A stretch of 64,000 nt of DNA from an uncultured Verrucomicrobiae bacterium (lineage in GTDB: Bacteria; Verrucomicrobiota; Verrucomicrobiia; Limisphaerales; Palsa-1400), in assembly GCA_963707025.1 (NCBI GenBank), contig CAVPOM010000006.1, forward strand, positions 224,001 to 288,000, read 5' to 3'. This document shows positions 42,681 through 52,983 of this stretch, one piece after another (within the stretch, counting starts at the first letter, position 1; each line of letters starts with the position of its first letter). The position numbers and the translations under genes are program-made. Below the pieces are notes generated by a model that saw only the letters and a list, made by a program, of their open reading frames with translations, made no database searches and was not told the origin of the DNA.

Positions 42681-42705
42681 TGACACGTCTGCTACTCTTT
42701 TCTTT

Positions 42706-43053
42706 ATGCCGACTCACAAAACAACCCGGCCAGCCCAATGGCAGGCCCAATACGCCCAATTACGCGACCGGCTGGCCAGAACCGGCTGGATCAGCGAGGG
42801 CTACGTGCAAGACCGCGGCCCCGGAGCAGGCGGCCCTTGTTATCAGTGGACCCGCAAGGTCAAAGGCAAAACGGTCAGTGTCGCTCTCTCCAAAGAACAA
42901 TATGAGTGGCTCCATGACGCCATTGCCGAGTGGCGGGAGGTGCAAGCCACCATCAAAGCCATGCAACGCTTGAGCCGTCAGGTCTTGTTTGAAACCATCC
43001 CGCATCCCCCGCGTCGTAAGAGGCTGGGTAAGAAAGTTTTAGGTCTTATTTAA
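42706..43053 (+). CDS. DUF6788-like small basic protein (IS passenger)
   Basis: GP.YQWTRKVKGKTVSV.LS.EQ motif; stop codon lies in the right TIR. Confidence 0.8.
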   Translation: MPTHKTTRPAQWQAQYAQLRDRLARTGWISEGYVQDRGPGAGGPCYQWTRKVKGKTVSVALSKEQYEWLHDAIAEWREVQATIKAMQRLSRQVLFETIPHPPRRKRLGKKVLGLI

Positions 43054-43262
43054 GCGCCATTCCCCGAGGACGGGCGCACTCCTGCAGCGTTCTTGCGCCT
43101 GATTCCGCTAGCAGTGTCAAGATGCGCCCGTGTCGCGAGGCTGGCGGGACTGCTGCTTTCAATAGCCAGGATGCTCCGCCCGCCGCGCGCCGACTCCGCC
43201 CAACCCGCCTCTTCACCGTTCCAAACCCCCAATGAAAACCCTTGCGCAGCCGCTTTGCGGGG

Positions 43263-43727
43263 TCAGCCACCTTGACCGCCAACTGTGCCGCGTTTGATCT
43301 CAACCAGCGGGCCGCCTGACTGGACCGGCCCGCCTGATCCATCCCCGCTTCTTTTACGCTCCACTCCGTAATGGAAGCCCGCCTCATCTTGGTATCCCAT
43401 TGGAACGAGCCTGTTGAGGATGGCGGCCCGAAGCGTTTGCAGATGCGCCAGAGCCGAAACCTTGCCGCCCGGCGCTGATTCGTCCATGGCAGGGGAAAAG
43501 ACAGCCGCCGTGCCCGAGTCCGCGACGCTGCCGACGGCGCCGGCGACGGGTTGCAGTCGAAACGATTTTAAAACCTCCGCCAAACGGCGCGCCGCATCTG
43601 CGGTGGCCTTGCGCGCTTCGATAAGCTCATCCAGCTTTTGTGCGGCCTGGATCGCCAACTGGGGGAATTTCGCGTCGGCGCTGCTCAATTCAATCTGCTT
43701 GTTCTCGAATCCGGGATTGTTTGTCAC
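43263..43727 (-). CDS. Hypothetical protein, possibly chimeric
   Basis: Helical N-terminus, PMGYQDEAGFHYG motif near C-terminus. Confidence 0.45.
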   Translation of the reverse strand: MTNNPGFENKQIELSSADAKFPQLAIQAAQKLDELIEARKATADAARRLAEVLKSFRLQPVAGAVGSVADSGTAAVFSPAMDESAPGGKVSALAHLQTLRAAILNRLVPMGYQDEAGFHYGVERKRSGDGSGGPVQSGGPLVEIKRGTVGGQGG

Positions 43728-43776
43728 AAGGCGCTCCTTTCTGTGCGTGTTTCGCGATCATGCAAGAGGAACTTAT

Positions 43777-43980
43777 TTACAAGTCCGCCGGATGTTTGCG
43801 CACCAGCGTGCCCTCCCGCAGGAGATTGCGCATGGCTTCCGCCAAGAGGCGTTCGGCGGCTTCGGACCTGGTGTTGCCGAAGTAACCAGTCGCCACCAGC
43901 TTTTCCAAATCCCGAACCAGGGCCGGGGAAGTGGAGATTGTGACCTTGATGGTCGGGTGCGCGTTGCGTGATCGTGGCAT
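43777..43980 (-). CDS. Ribbon-helix-helix (CopG/Arc-like) regulator
   Basis: IKVTIST beta strand, DLEKLVATGYFGNTRSEAAERLL. Confidence 0.75.
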   Translation of the reverse strand: MPRSRNAHPTIKVTISTSPALVRDLEKLVATGYFGNTRSEAAERLLAEAMRNLLREGTLVRKHPADL

Positions 43981-44135
43981 GTCAATACGGCGGTTTTAGT
44001 TGAAAACAAGCATATATTTAGCCATTTGTTATGGAATTGCAAGCACTTTTTTGAGGTATTTTCGGCTTTACCGTGTCGCCGCTTCCACCCATGCATTGTC
44101 CAGCCAGGCGGTGTGAAATGTCCCGGGGTAATTCG

Positions 44136-46355
44136 TCAGCGGCGGCGCTGCCGGCGGGGGAAATGTTGGCCCGGATGACGGCTAGGCGCGGGGTCGCCCG
44201 GCCTGCCGGCGCGGCGGACGGGAGGGGCGGCGGGGCGGGCGGGGGCGGAGGGGACGAGTTGGAAGTCAACCTGCTTTTTGAAGGTGTCCACTTTATAGAC
44301 CTGCACGGTGAGCCGGTCGCCCAGCTTGATGATGCGGCGGGTGCGGCGGCCCACCAGATGGCCGCGCGCCTGATCGAAGATGAAAAAGTCGTCCTGGATG
44401 GAGGACAGATGCACCAGGCCGCTCATGCCCAGGCCCGGCACGTCCACAAAGAAACCGAAATTGCGGGCGTCGGTGACCAGGGCCGGATAGGGTTCGCGGC
44501 GGCCCGATTTCAACTGGGCCTTGAGGAAGGCAAATAGTTTGACATCCTTGCTGTCGCGCTCGGCGTCGGCGGAGTTGCGCTCGGTTTCGGAAATGTGCAG
44601 GGCGGTTTCCTTGAGGGAAGGCAGCGAAGGCCCGAGGCGGTCAAAGAGGGCGCGGTGGACCAGCAGGTCGGCGTAGCGGCGGATGGGCGAGGTGAAATGG
44701 GTGTATTTGGCCTTGCTCAGCCCGTAATGGCCCAGCGGTTCGACGGCGTAGCGGGCGCGCATGAGGGATTTGAGAAAACCGATTTTCAGGGCCGGGCCGA
44801 CCGGCAGGTCGTTGAGGCGGCGCATCAGTTTCTGCACCTCGCCGCGCTGGGCCAGGTTGCCGCAGGGGATTTGATGGCTGAGCACCTCCTGGCGGTATTC
44901 CTGCAAACGGCGCTCGTCGGGCGGTTCGTGGACGCGATAAATGGCGGGACGGCGCAAGGCCATCAAGCGCGCCGCCACCGCCTCGTTGGCCAGGAGCATG
45001 TATTCCTCGATCAACTGGTGGGAGACGTCGTTCTCGATGCGTTCGACGCGCAGGAGGCGGCCCTGTGGGTCCAGACGGATTTTCGAGTCGGGAAAATCCA
45101 GGTCGAGCGAGCCGGCCTTGAAACGGGCGCGGCGGAGGTGCTGGGCCAGGGTGTGTGCCTGGCGCAGCATCCGCTCGATGGCCCCGTCCGGCGACGGGCG
45201 CTGGATGACGGCCAGCGCTTCCGGGTAAGTGAAGCGGCGCGCGGAGCGGATGACGGCGGGATAAAATTTGGCGTTGAGCACCCGGCCATCGTCGGAGAGA
45301 AGGAACTCGACGCATTTGGTCAGGCGGTCCGCGCCCGGTTTGAGGGAGCAAAGCTCGTTGCTCAAGGCCTCGGGCAGCATGGGGATGACCCGATCCACCA
45401 GGTAAGTGGAATTGCCCCGCAGGCGCGCCTCCGCATCCAGCGCGCCGCCCGGTTTGACGTAATGGGAAACATCGGCAATATGCACCCAGGCTTTCCAGCG
45501 CCCTTCCCCGGCGCTCTCCAGGCAGATGGCGTCGTCAAAATCCTTGGCGTCGTCGGGATCAATGGTGATGACCGGGTGGGCGCGGCAATCCACCCGTCCG
45601 GCCAGATCGGCCGGGGAGGTGTTCCCCGCCGTGCGGCCCCGGGCCATGAGTTCGGCTTCGTGCAGCGCGTTTTTGGGAAAATGGAGCGGCAAATTGTATT
45701 GACGCAGGACGGAAAGCATGTCCACGCCCTCCTGGTCCGGCTGGCCCAGGACTTCGAGGATCTCGCCTTCGGGATTGGTATGGCGCGATTCCCAGTGGCG
45801 GAGCCGGACCACCACTTTGTCGCCGACGCGGGCCGGCTGCGCGGCGTCGCGGGGCGGGCTGACGTAAATGTCGTGCGGGATGCGCGGATCATCCGGGATG
45901 ACGAAAAGAAACTGTTTGCTTTGCTGGAGAGTGCCGACCAGGTGTGAGCGTTTGCGCTCGAGCACGCGGACGACGGCGCCGGTCAAGGGGCCGCCGGCCG
46001 GGCGGCGGGCGGCGGGCAGGACCTCGCGCCGCACCAGAACGCGGTCGCAATGCATGGCGGTGGCGGTGGCGCTTTCCTCCACCACAATTTCCTGGAGGGC
46101 GGGGTCATCGGGTTGGAGGAAGCCGCGACCCTGGCGGTTGATGCGGATGACGCCCGGCACCAGGTCGGCCTGTTGGGCCAGGATATAGCGGTTGCCCTTG
46201 GTGCGGACAATCCGGCCGCTTTTTTCCAGGAGATGCAGCGCCTGCTGCAAGGGCTGTTGCTCATAGGGGCGCAGTCCCAGGCGGCGGAGCAACTCCGGGA
46301 CGTTGCAGGGCACGTAGTCATGCCGTCCCAGCAATTTGAGGATGTTATCGTCCAT
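44136..46355 (-). CDS. rnr: Ribonuclease R
   Basis: TIDPDDAKDFDDA, VHIADVS, YTHFTSPIRRYADL, C-terminal S1 domain. Confidence 0.95.
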   Translation of the reverse strand: MDDNILKLLGRHDYVPCNVPELLRRLGLRPYEQQPLQQALHLLEKSGRIVRTKGNRYILAQQADLVPGVIRINRQGRGFLQPDDPALQEIVVEESATATAMHCDRVLVRREVLPAARRPAGGPLTGAVVRVLERKRSHLVGTLQQSKQFLFVIPDDPRIPHDIYVSPPRDAAQPARVGDKVVVRLRHWESRHTNPEGEILEVLGQPDQEGVDMLSVLRQYNLPLHFPKNALHEAELMARGRTAGNTSPADLAGRVDCRAHPVITIDPDDAKDFDDAICLESAGEGRWKAWVHIADVSHYVKPGGALDAEARLRGNSTYLVDRVIPMLPEALSNELCSLKPGADRLTKCVEFLLSDDGRVLNAKFYPAVIRSARRFTYPEALAVIQRPSPDGAIERMLRQAHTLAQHLRRARFKAGSLDLDFPDSKIRLDPQGRLLRVERIENDVSHQLIEEYMLLANEAVAARLMALRRPAIYRVHEPPDERRLQEYRQEVLSHQIPCGNLAQRGEVQKLMRRLNDLPVGPALKIGFLKSLMRARYAVEPLGHYGLSKAKYTHFTSPIRRYADLLVHRALFDRLGPSLPSLKETALHISETERNSADAERDSKDVKLFAFLKAQLKSGRREPYPALVTDARNFGFFVDVPGLGMSGLVHLSSIQDDFFIFDQARGHLVGRRTRRIIKLGDRLTVQVYKVDTFKKQVDFQLVPSAPARPAAPPVRRAGRPGDPAPSRHPGQHFPRRQRRR

Positions 46356-46450
46356 GAATGTCAAGAGGGCGAGTATGGCGCAGAAGGGAGGGAGAGGGAA
46401 GGGGAGAATTTTGGCCATCCGAGAATTTGGGACATCGCGTTAGTGATGGG

Positions 46451-46631
46451 TGGCAGGGCGCGCACTCCGTGCGCGCCGCGGCGGGAAGTCCCGGCGTGGC
46501 GGGACCCTGCCTGTCCCGGCCCGCCCATGACGGACGCATTACGGTTTTGAATTGGGGATTGGGGACAATGGTTGCGGCACGCCGTATTGGCAATCCACCG
46601 ATGTCACCGGCGGTCATAGACCGCCGCTACA
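46451..46631. repeat. REP-like elements in the divergent intergenic region
   Basis: ggcgcgcactccgtgcgcgcc; cggcggtcatagaccgccgctaca hairpins. Confidence 0.55.
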
Positions 46632-46683
46632 AGGAGCATTCGGGGTTGCATAATCTTGGGGGTTCCGTAGGCTGGGCGTTGTC

Positions 46684-47583
46684 GTGCCAACCAAACGAGG
46701 ATCCATCCATTTGTTCCGCTTTGCGGGAATAGATGTGTATTTGCACTGGTCGTGGTTTGTGCTGGCCGTCTATGGCATCCAGATGCTCAAGGAGTATTTT
46801 TCCAGCTATTTGTGGCCGGCCCTGGCCTACGGGGCGCTGTTTGCCATCGTCACCTTGCACGAATTTGGCCACGCCCTGGCCTGCAAACAGGTGGGAGGGC
46901 GCGCCGATCAGATTGTGCTCTGGCCATTTGGCGGAGTGGCTTATGTGTCGCCGCCGCGCCGGCCCGGCGCGACCCTGTGGTGCATCGCGGCCGGACCGCT
47001 GGTCAACGTCGGGTTGTTCCCCATCCTGGCGGGAACGACGCTGCTGGCGCAAAGGCTCGGCTGGCCTCATTTCGCGCCGGACGCTTACCAGTTCACCGTG
47101 ATCTTGTTGTATATTGATGTGATGCTCCTGGTCTTCAATCTGTTGCCCATCTTTCCGCTGGATGGCGGGCAGATTCTACAGTCCTTGCTTTGGTTTATTT
47201 TCGGTTATGCGCGCAGTCTGATGATTGCGGCCTCCCTGGGCTTGGTGGGAGTGGCGGTGTTGATCCTGTTTGCGATCAACCAACATGCCTGGTGGCTGGG
47301 GGTGATGTGCGGGCTGGTGGTTTTGTATTGCTGGAGCGGCTTGCTGCGGGCGCGGGTTTTGTCGCGTCTGGCGGCGGCGCCAAAACACCCGGGTCTGGCT
47401 TGTCCGGCCTGCCGGGAAGCGCCGCCGGCGGGACCGGTTTGGATGTGCGGGCGCTGTCGCCAGGGCTTCGATGTCTTCGCCTCCGGCGGGGTCTGTCCGC
47501 ATTGCGGCGCGCAAGTCGCGGAGGTGCCCTGCCTAGCCTGCGGGACGGCCAGCCCGATCCAGGCCTACCAAACCCCGGTTTAA
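46684..47583 (+). CDS. Site-2 protease (M50) with C-terminal double zinc ribbon
   Basis: HEFGH, AAGPLVN, NLLPIFPLDGG; CPAC, CGRC, CPHC, CLAC. Confidence 0.9.
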   Translation: MPTKRGSIHLFRFAGIDVYLHWSWFVLAVYGIQMLKEYFSSYLWPALAYGALFAIVTLHEFGHALACKQVGGRADQIVLWPFGGVAYVSPPRRPGATLWCIAAGPLVNVGLFPILAGTTLLAQRLGWPHFAPDAYQFTVILLYIDVMLLVFNLLPIFPLDGGQILQSLLWFIFGYARSLMIAASLGLVGVAVLILFAINQHAWWLGVMCGLVVLYCWSGLLRARVLSRLAAAPKHPGLACPACREAPPAGPVWMCGRCRQGFDVFASGGVCPHCGAQVAEVPCLACGTASPIQAYQTPV

Positions 47584-47741
47584 GGCAAAGCGCGGGCGCG
47601 ATTGCCAAAGGCCGCCGCTGGAATGAATACGGATGGAATCCGGGCGTCTTATGTAGTAGAATCAGCCAGCGGTCCGAAGCCATGAACGCGGCGAATTAAG
47701 CTTGTGCCGGCGTTTTAAAAGCAAGCAAACTCAATAAAGCT

Positions 47742-49578
47742 ATGAATCCCAAAACTTTTGGAGGTTCGATCTGGCTCCTCTTGTTCGGAGCGGCCTCGGT
47801 TCTTCTCATCGGCGCCTTCACCCGGTTGGACAGCGGCGGCCAGCCCGACGGCGCGGCGACCAATGCGCCCGCCCCGCCCCCCGCGGCGGCTGGCGCGGAC
47901 TTTTCCGCGCTGGACCCGCCTCCCGCGCCCGCTTCCGCCGGCGCGCCGATGCTGCCGTCGGACTTGTCGCCGGGCCTGGAGGAAATCATCAAAATGGCGC
48001 AGGCGCATATCGCGGAGGACACCATTCTGGCTTACATCCAGAATTCCGGGCAGAGCTACAATCCGTCGGCGGATGAAATACTTTATCTGTCTGATTTGGG
48101 CGTGACGGACAAGATTGTGGCGGCGCTGTTCCCAAAGCCGGACGCCGCGCCGGCCGGCACTGCCGCGCCGGCGGCCCCGCCCGCCGCCGTCCTGGCGCCC
48201 GAGCCGCCGCCGGCGCCGGCCGCCGGGAGCCCGGTGACCGGGGCCGCGCCGGACAGTATGATTGACGCGCCGCCGGCCGCGGCGGGGGAAGAACCGCCCC
48301 CATTGCAGAATCCGCAGGACAGCTATTTTTACGACAGCCTGGCGCCCTATGGGAGCTGGGTGCAGACGGCGGAGGGGTGGGCCTGGCAACCGATGGTGGC
48401 GTCGGTGGATGGGAACTGGCTGCCTTATCGGGACCGGGGGCAGTGGGTGCTGACGGACGACGGGTGGTATTGGGCGTCGGATTATTCCTGGGGTTGGGCG
48501 GCTTTTCATTATGGGCGATGGAGCCAGGACGGGCTTTTCGGATGGGTGTGGGTCCCCGGCCAGGTCTGGGCTCCGGCCTGGGTGGCGTGGCGGAACACGA
48601 CGGACGGCTTCGCCGGCTGGGCGCCGTTGCCGCCAGGCGCGCATTTTCGGCGCGGGGCCGGGCTGTTCGCCGGCGCGGGGCTGGGCGGGTTTAATGTCAG
48701 CTACGGATTGAGCGCCTCCTCCTTCACCTTCGTGCCGCAAAATCATTTTCTGGCCCGCAACCCGGGCCGGTTCGCCGCGCCGGTGTCGCGGGCGGCGGCC
48801 CTGTTCCAGAGCAGCGCGCCAGTCAATAATTATTCCTTCTCCGGCCGGAGAATCCTCAACCTGGGCGTGAGCGCCGAACAGATTGCGGCGGCGACGAAGG
48901 CGGCTGTGCCCAAACTCGCGATCAAGGATGTTCCCTCGCCCGACTCCGCCGGCGGCCGGAACGCGGGCCGGAGTTTGGCGGTTTTCCGCCCGAATGCAGC
49001 CGGGCCGGCTGTCCGGTCATCGGCGGAGAAGCCAACCCAGCCGGTTTTGATCAACAAGACACCGCGCCCGGTCACGACGGAGGCGGCTATGCCGGGGGCG
49101 GTTTCCTCCCGTCCGGCCACGGTGGCGTCGGATTATTCCGTCCCGGCGCTGCGCCCAACTTACCCTGCGTTGCCGTCCCAGCCCGGTTTGATCAGCCGCA
49201 ATTTGCAGCCTCCGGCCGACCCGGGCGACGCCGTTCCCAGCCGTGCCCGCCCTGCCTGCGGGCGGACGGCTCTCTTTGACAGGCGGTGGCGAAGTGCGCC
49301 GCATCCCGTCTCCATCCGGGCCGGCGCCGTCCGCAGGCTATCCGTCCTACAGCCAGCATGGCGTCAGCCCCGCCCCTCCGGCGCTGCCGGGAAGCGCGCC
49401 GTCCTACAATGCGGCGCCGCACAGTTCACCGGGCTACAGCGCGCCTGCCTCCGCCCCGCAACACAGCGCGCCGGCAATCGCCCCGGCGGAAAGCCATGGC
49501 GGGGGCGGACAGGCTAGCCAAGGCGGCGGGTCGGCGGGGTCCAATTCGTCTTCCAGCTCATCCAAGCCGTCCAAGTAA
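47742..49578 (+). CDS. DUF6600-like exported protein with Pro/Ser-rich tail; probable frameshift near 49245
   Basis: FYDSLAPYGSW, WGWAAFHYGRW, WAPAWVAWR. Confidence 0.8.
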
Positions 49579-49673
49579 ATGGCGGCGGTTCTGGCGAGTC
49601 TCAACGCGGCGGCGAACAAGGAGTTTTGAGAAGGAAAGGTGACAAAAAAGCGCCGCCTGCCTGGTCAAGTCTT

Positions 49674-50563
49674 TCAGGCCGGCGGCTTGTTCTGGGCGTC
49701 GTTGCGCAAGGGCTTAATCTTCTTCGCCGATTGCGCGAGCGAGAGGTAATTCTCACTGGTCACAACCTTGCGTCCGCTCTTCCTTTCCAGTTCGCGACGG
49801 GCATTGCCAGCCACCGCGCCGCCGGCATGGGCGGTTTGTTTGTTCTGCGGAAAGCCCTGGGCGTCGCGGGTGCGGGCAATTTCGGTGGTGGAGGCTTCCC
49901 CCAGCATGGAGAAGATCAGTTCGAGGTCCGTCATGTGGTCGCGCAGGTTTTCACGCTTGAGACGCTTATATTCGGCGTATTGGCTGGGCGTGAGGCCGAA
50001 GGCGGCTTTTCAGATTTCAGCGGTGAGTATGGCGTATTCGCGCTGTTCTTTGACCCCGCGCTTTTTCCACTCGTCGGTCAGTTCGTCACGGATGGCAATG
50101 GAGCGCATCCGTTTCTCGATCCAATCGTCGGAATAGCCCTTGGCTTTGTAGAGGGCGCGGGTGCGTTTGGTGGCGAGCTCCGGGTCTTCAATTTCCTGGA
50201 TTCGTTCGTAACCCACCCTGGCCAGCCAGCGTTTGAACGGCTCAGCCTTGGGGCTGGGGATGGATTGGATGAGGCGGAAGATGCCTTCGGTGTTCCAGCA
50301 TTGAAGTAACTGGCGTCCGCCGGGCGTGTCGAATTCAAGGCCAAGGGGGGGGGCAATTTGCCCCCCCCTTTGAGGGCTTCGGCCAGGGGCAGATCACGGC
50401 GGCGCATATCTCTGAAATAGCCTTGCGGATTTGCCGAATCGGTCAAGGCCGCAACAACCTCGGTGATGACAAACCACCATTCATTGTTGTGAATGGCGCG
50501 GCGGACTTCCTTTCGCTGGAACAGGGCGATGTGGGTTTCGGGGTTTTGCCCGGTGTCATTCAC
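49674..50563 (-). pseudogene. Bro-N domain (phage antirepressor-like) protein, frameshifted near 50350 and 50010
   Basis: ALFQ.KEVRR.....EWWF, IQSIPSPKAEPFKRWLA, YKAKGYSDDWIEKR, NLRDHMTDLELIF. Confidence 0.8.
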
Positions 50564-50747
50564 GGTTTGTTCGCCGGAAATCATGCCCGGACATGTTCCT
50601 GAATTGCAAGCCTCTCTCCCGTCGGAAAACAGCGGCCGTCGCCGAGGTTATGGCGGGACAGCCGACAAGGGAACGCGCAGGGATAAGCAAAGGTTGCGAA
50701 AATTTGCCGAAAGCAAATGAAATCGCCACCGAAAATTGACGGATTAA

Positions 50748-52931
50748 CTAGACCAGCCCGACCCATTTGCGGCCGATCCAATAGACGGTGAGGAGGAAGA
50801 GGATGGCGCCGCCCCACCGCGGATCGCTCCAGATGCGGACGCGTTTTTCGACCGGCCCCGGTTCGGGCAGAAGTGAAATCTGCTTGACAACATTGTCGAA
50901 GTCGTCCGCCGTGAAACTGGCGCCCCGGGAGACGGCGGAAATCTCGCGCAAGACCCGGGCGTTGACGGGCTGGCCCAGTTTCTCCAGCAGGGGCGGAGCC
51001 ACCAGCAACGCGGTTTCCAGATGGCGGCCATGCGCCGGGGAGGCGGCCTCCATTTTGTAGCGGCCGCTTTCCAGGGCGGCGAAGGCGGACTTGAAAACGC
51101 CCCAGCCTCCTGGCAGGGGCGCGAATTCCAACCGCTCCACCCGGCCGGAGGGCGAGGTGATTTTGCCGGTGACCGGCCCCTTGTCAATAGGAAAACCGGC
51201 CTCGTCCAGCACGGTGCTTTGCAGATAAACGGTGTCGCCGGCCTGCGGAGCTTCCGGGCTGTAGCTGAGGCGGATGCCTTCCTTTTCGGAGAGGTGGCGC
51301 TGATGGGCCATCCAGCGGACGACCTGCCCCCAGAAGCGGTAATGAAATTTGTCCTCCACGCCGCGCCGCCAGCGCCAGGCGCTGTCGGTGCCGAGAAAGA
51401 GAACCTTGCCCGCGTCGGCCGAACGGGTGACGAGCAGGGGCATGCGGCCAAAGTCGTTGCGCAGGGAGGAATGGACGGCGAGGACCTCGGAGCCGGGCCG
51501 GCTCTTTTCCACGGCGGCGGACCAAAAGAAGCCGGGCAATTGCTTCCACAACTCGTCATTGCGATCTTCGTCGGAATCGAAGCGGGTGAGCCAATGGCGT
51601 TTGCCGGCGCTGGTCAGGACCAGTTGCACCTCGTTTTGCAATCCGATGCCCTGCGGTTTGGACGGGTCCAGGATGACGGGATATAAATCGGCCAGCGGGC
51701 TTTGGAGAAAAGTGGCCTCGCGCCCGCGTTGGCCCGGGACAAAGACCAGGCCGCTGGCTTGCTGCTCGACCAGGCCCCGGATCATGGCGGCGTTGGTCAG
51801 GGTCAGCTCATTTTGGCCGATGCCGACGTCGCCCAGAAAAATCACATCGTACGGGGCCAGCGCTTCCTTGGTGGCGGGGAAGGCCGGGATGTAGTTGGGG
51901 CCGTCGCCCGGCCCGATGTCAGGATGGTAGAGCAGGCAGTGCATGTCCACGCCGGGATCGCGGGCCAGGGCGTTGCGCAAATAGCGATATTCCCAGCGCG
52001 GCAGGGAATCCACCACCAGCACCTTGAGTTTTTCCTGGCGGATGGAAATATGGAAGGAACGTTGGTTGTTTTCGGCCATGCTTTCCTCCGGTTCCACCGG
52101 CACTTTGACGGTGGCGGTGATTTCCCCGCCGGTGCGCGGGGACCAGAGAATGGCGTCTTCCACCGCGCCGTTGGGCGGGATGGTAATGTCCTTTTTGGCC
52201 TGCTCGCCCTGCGGATCGTAGATCGAGACGGTCGTCTTGACTTGGCGGGCCAGGGTGCTGGTGACCTTGAAGGGAACGGCGATGTCCTCTCCCAATAGAC
52301 CGTAGGCCGGCATGGAAACATTTTCCAGAATCAAGTCCGGCATGGGTGTCGGGCGGCCTACCGCCACGCTGAAAATGGGAATGTTTTGCTCGCGATAGCG
52401 GGTGGCGGTGGCGAGCGGGGATTGGCCCAGGTTCCAATCGCCGTCGGTCAAGACCAGCACGGCCTTGAGATTCTTGAAATCATGCAACGCGCGTTCCAGG
52501 GCGGCGTTGAGGTCGGTGCCATTGATGGCGTTGGCGTTGGTGGAGGGCCTGGCGAAATCCTCCACGGTCACTTTGGCCTTGTTTTGCAGGGGCAGCCAAA
52601 ACTTGCCGGCGCGCTTGGCCTCCAGCCATTGGGCGCGGCTGACCACCTGGTTGGTCAGGGTCAGATCGCGCGTTTTCATGCTGTCGGAAGCGTCCATGAG
52701 GATGGCGATCTCCGGCAGGACGTTGCGCTGGAGGTGTTCGACGTATTCCGGGCGCAGCGAGGTGAAGACGAGCAGTGTCACCAATAAAAAGCGCAGGCAC
52801 TCCAGCCGTCCCACCGCCCGGCCGCGGGCGCTGCGCTGCCAGTTGGCCCAGCCCAGCCAGCCCGCGAAAAGCCAGATGGCCAGCGCGGGCGCGAGCACGG
52901 CAAGCGGGGCGGCGAGTTGAAGGTGGTTCAC
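50748..52931 (-). CDS. Membrane protein with VWA and GATase1-like domains
   Basis: DASDSM MIDAS, LTDG, PRWEYRYLRNAL.RD, WRWRRG. Confidence 0.8.
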   Translation of the reverse strand: MNHLQLAAPLAVLAPALAIWLFAGWLGWANWQRSARGRAVGRLECLRFLLVTLLVFTSLRPEYVEHLQRNVLPEIAILMDASDSMKTRDLTLTNQVVSRAQWLEAKRAGKFWLPLQNKAKVTVEDFARPSTNANAINGTDLNAALERALHDFKNLKAVLVLTDGDWNLGQSPLATATRYREQNIPIFSVAVGRPTPMPDLILENVSMPAYGLLGEDIAVPFKVTSTLARQVKTTVSIYDPQGEQAKKDITIPPNGAVEDAILWSPRTGGEITATVKVPVEPEESMAENNQRSFHISIRQEKLKVLVVDSLPRWEYRYLRNALARDPGVDMHCLLYHPDIGPGDGPNYIPAFPATKEALAPYDVIFLGDVGIGQNELTLTNAAMIRGLVEQQASGLVFVPGQRGREATFLQSPLADLYPVILDPSKPQGIGLQNEVQLVLTSAGKRHWLTRFDSDEDRNDELWKQLPGFFWSAAVEKSRPGSEVLAVHSSLRNDFGRMPLLVTRSADAGKVLFLGTDSAWRWRRGVEDKFHYRFWGQVVRWMAHQRHLSEKEGIRLSYSPEAPQAGDTVYLQSTVLDEAGFPIDKGPVTGKITSPSGRVERLEFAPLPGGWGVFKSAFAALESGRYKMEAASPAHGRHLETALLVAPPLLEKLGQPVNARVLREISAVSRGASFTADDFDNVVKQISLLPEPGPVEKRVRIWSDPRWGGAILFLLTVYWIGRKWVGLV

Positions 52932-52938
52932 AACGGAA

Positions 52939-52970
52939 AATGCAGAATGCAGAATGCAGAATGCAAAATG
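52939..52970 (+). repeat. (AATGCAG)n heptamer repeat
   Basis: aatgcagaatgcagaatgcagaatgcaaaatg. Confidence 0.9.
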
Positions 52971-52983
52971 ATAAAGGGTTTCA

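Larger units (their letters stand above)
41160..43062 (-). mobile_element. IS4-family element with divergent passenger gene
   Basis: 18-bp perfect TIR gaatggcgcttaaataag; 12-bp direct repeat cccgaggacggg at 41148-41159 and 43063-43074. Confidence 0.95.
41032..43129. mobile_element. MITE/REP-like element (183 bp when empty) hosting the IS4 element
   Basis: 20-bp perfect inverted ends gggcgcatcttgacactgct (41032-41051, 43110-43129); inner arms ggagtgcggccgtccccggccgcagca / tgctgcgcccgaggacgggcgcactcc. Confidence 0.8.

Noticed and set aside
49674..50563. Prophage
   Set aside because: Isolated Bro-N gene; no structural, terminase or phage integrase genes nearby.
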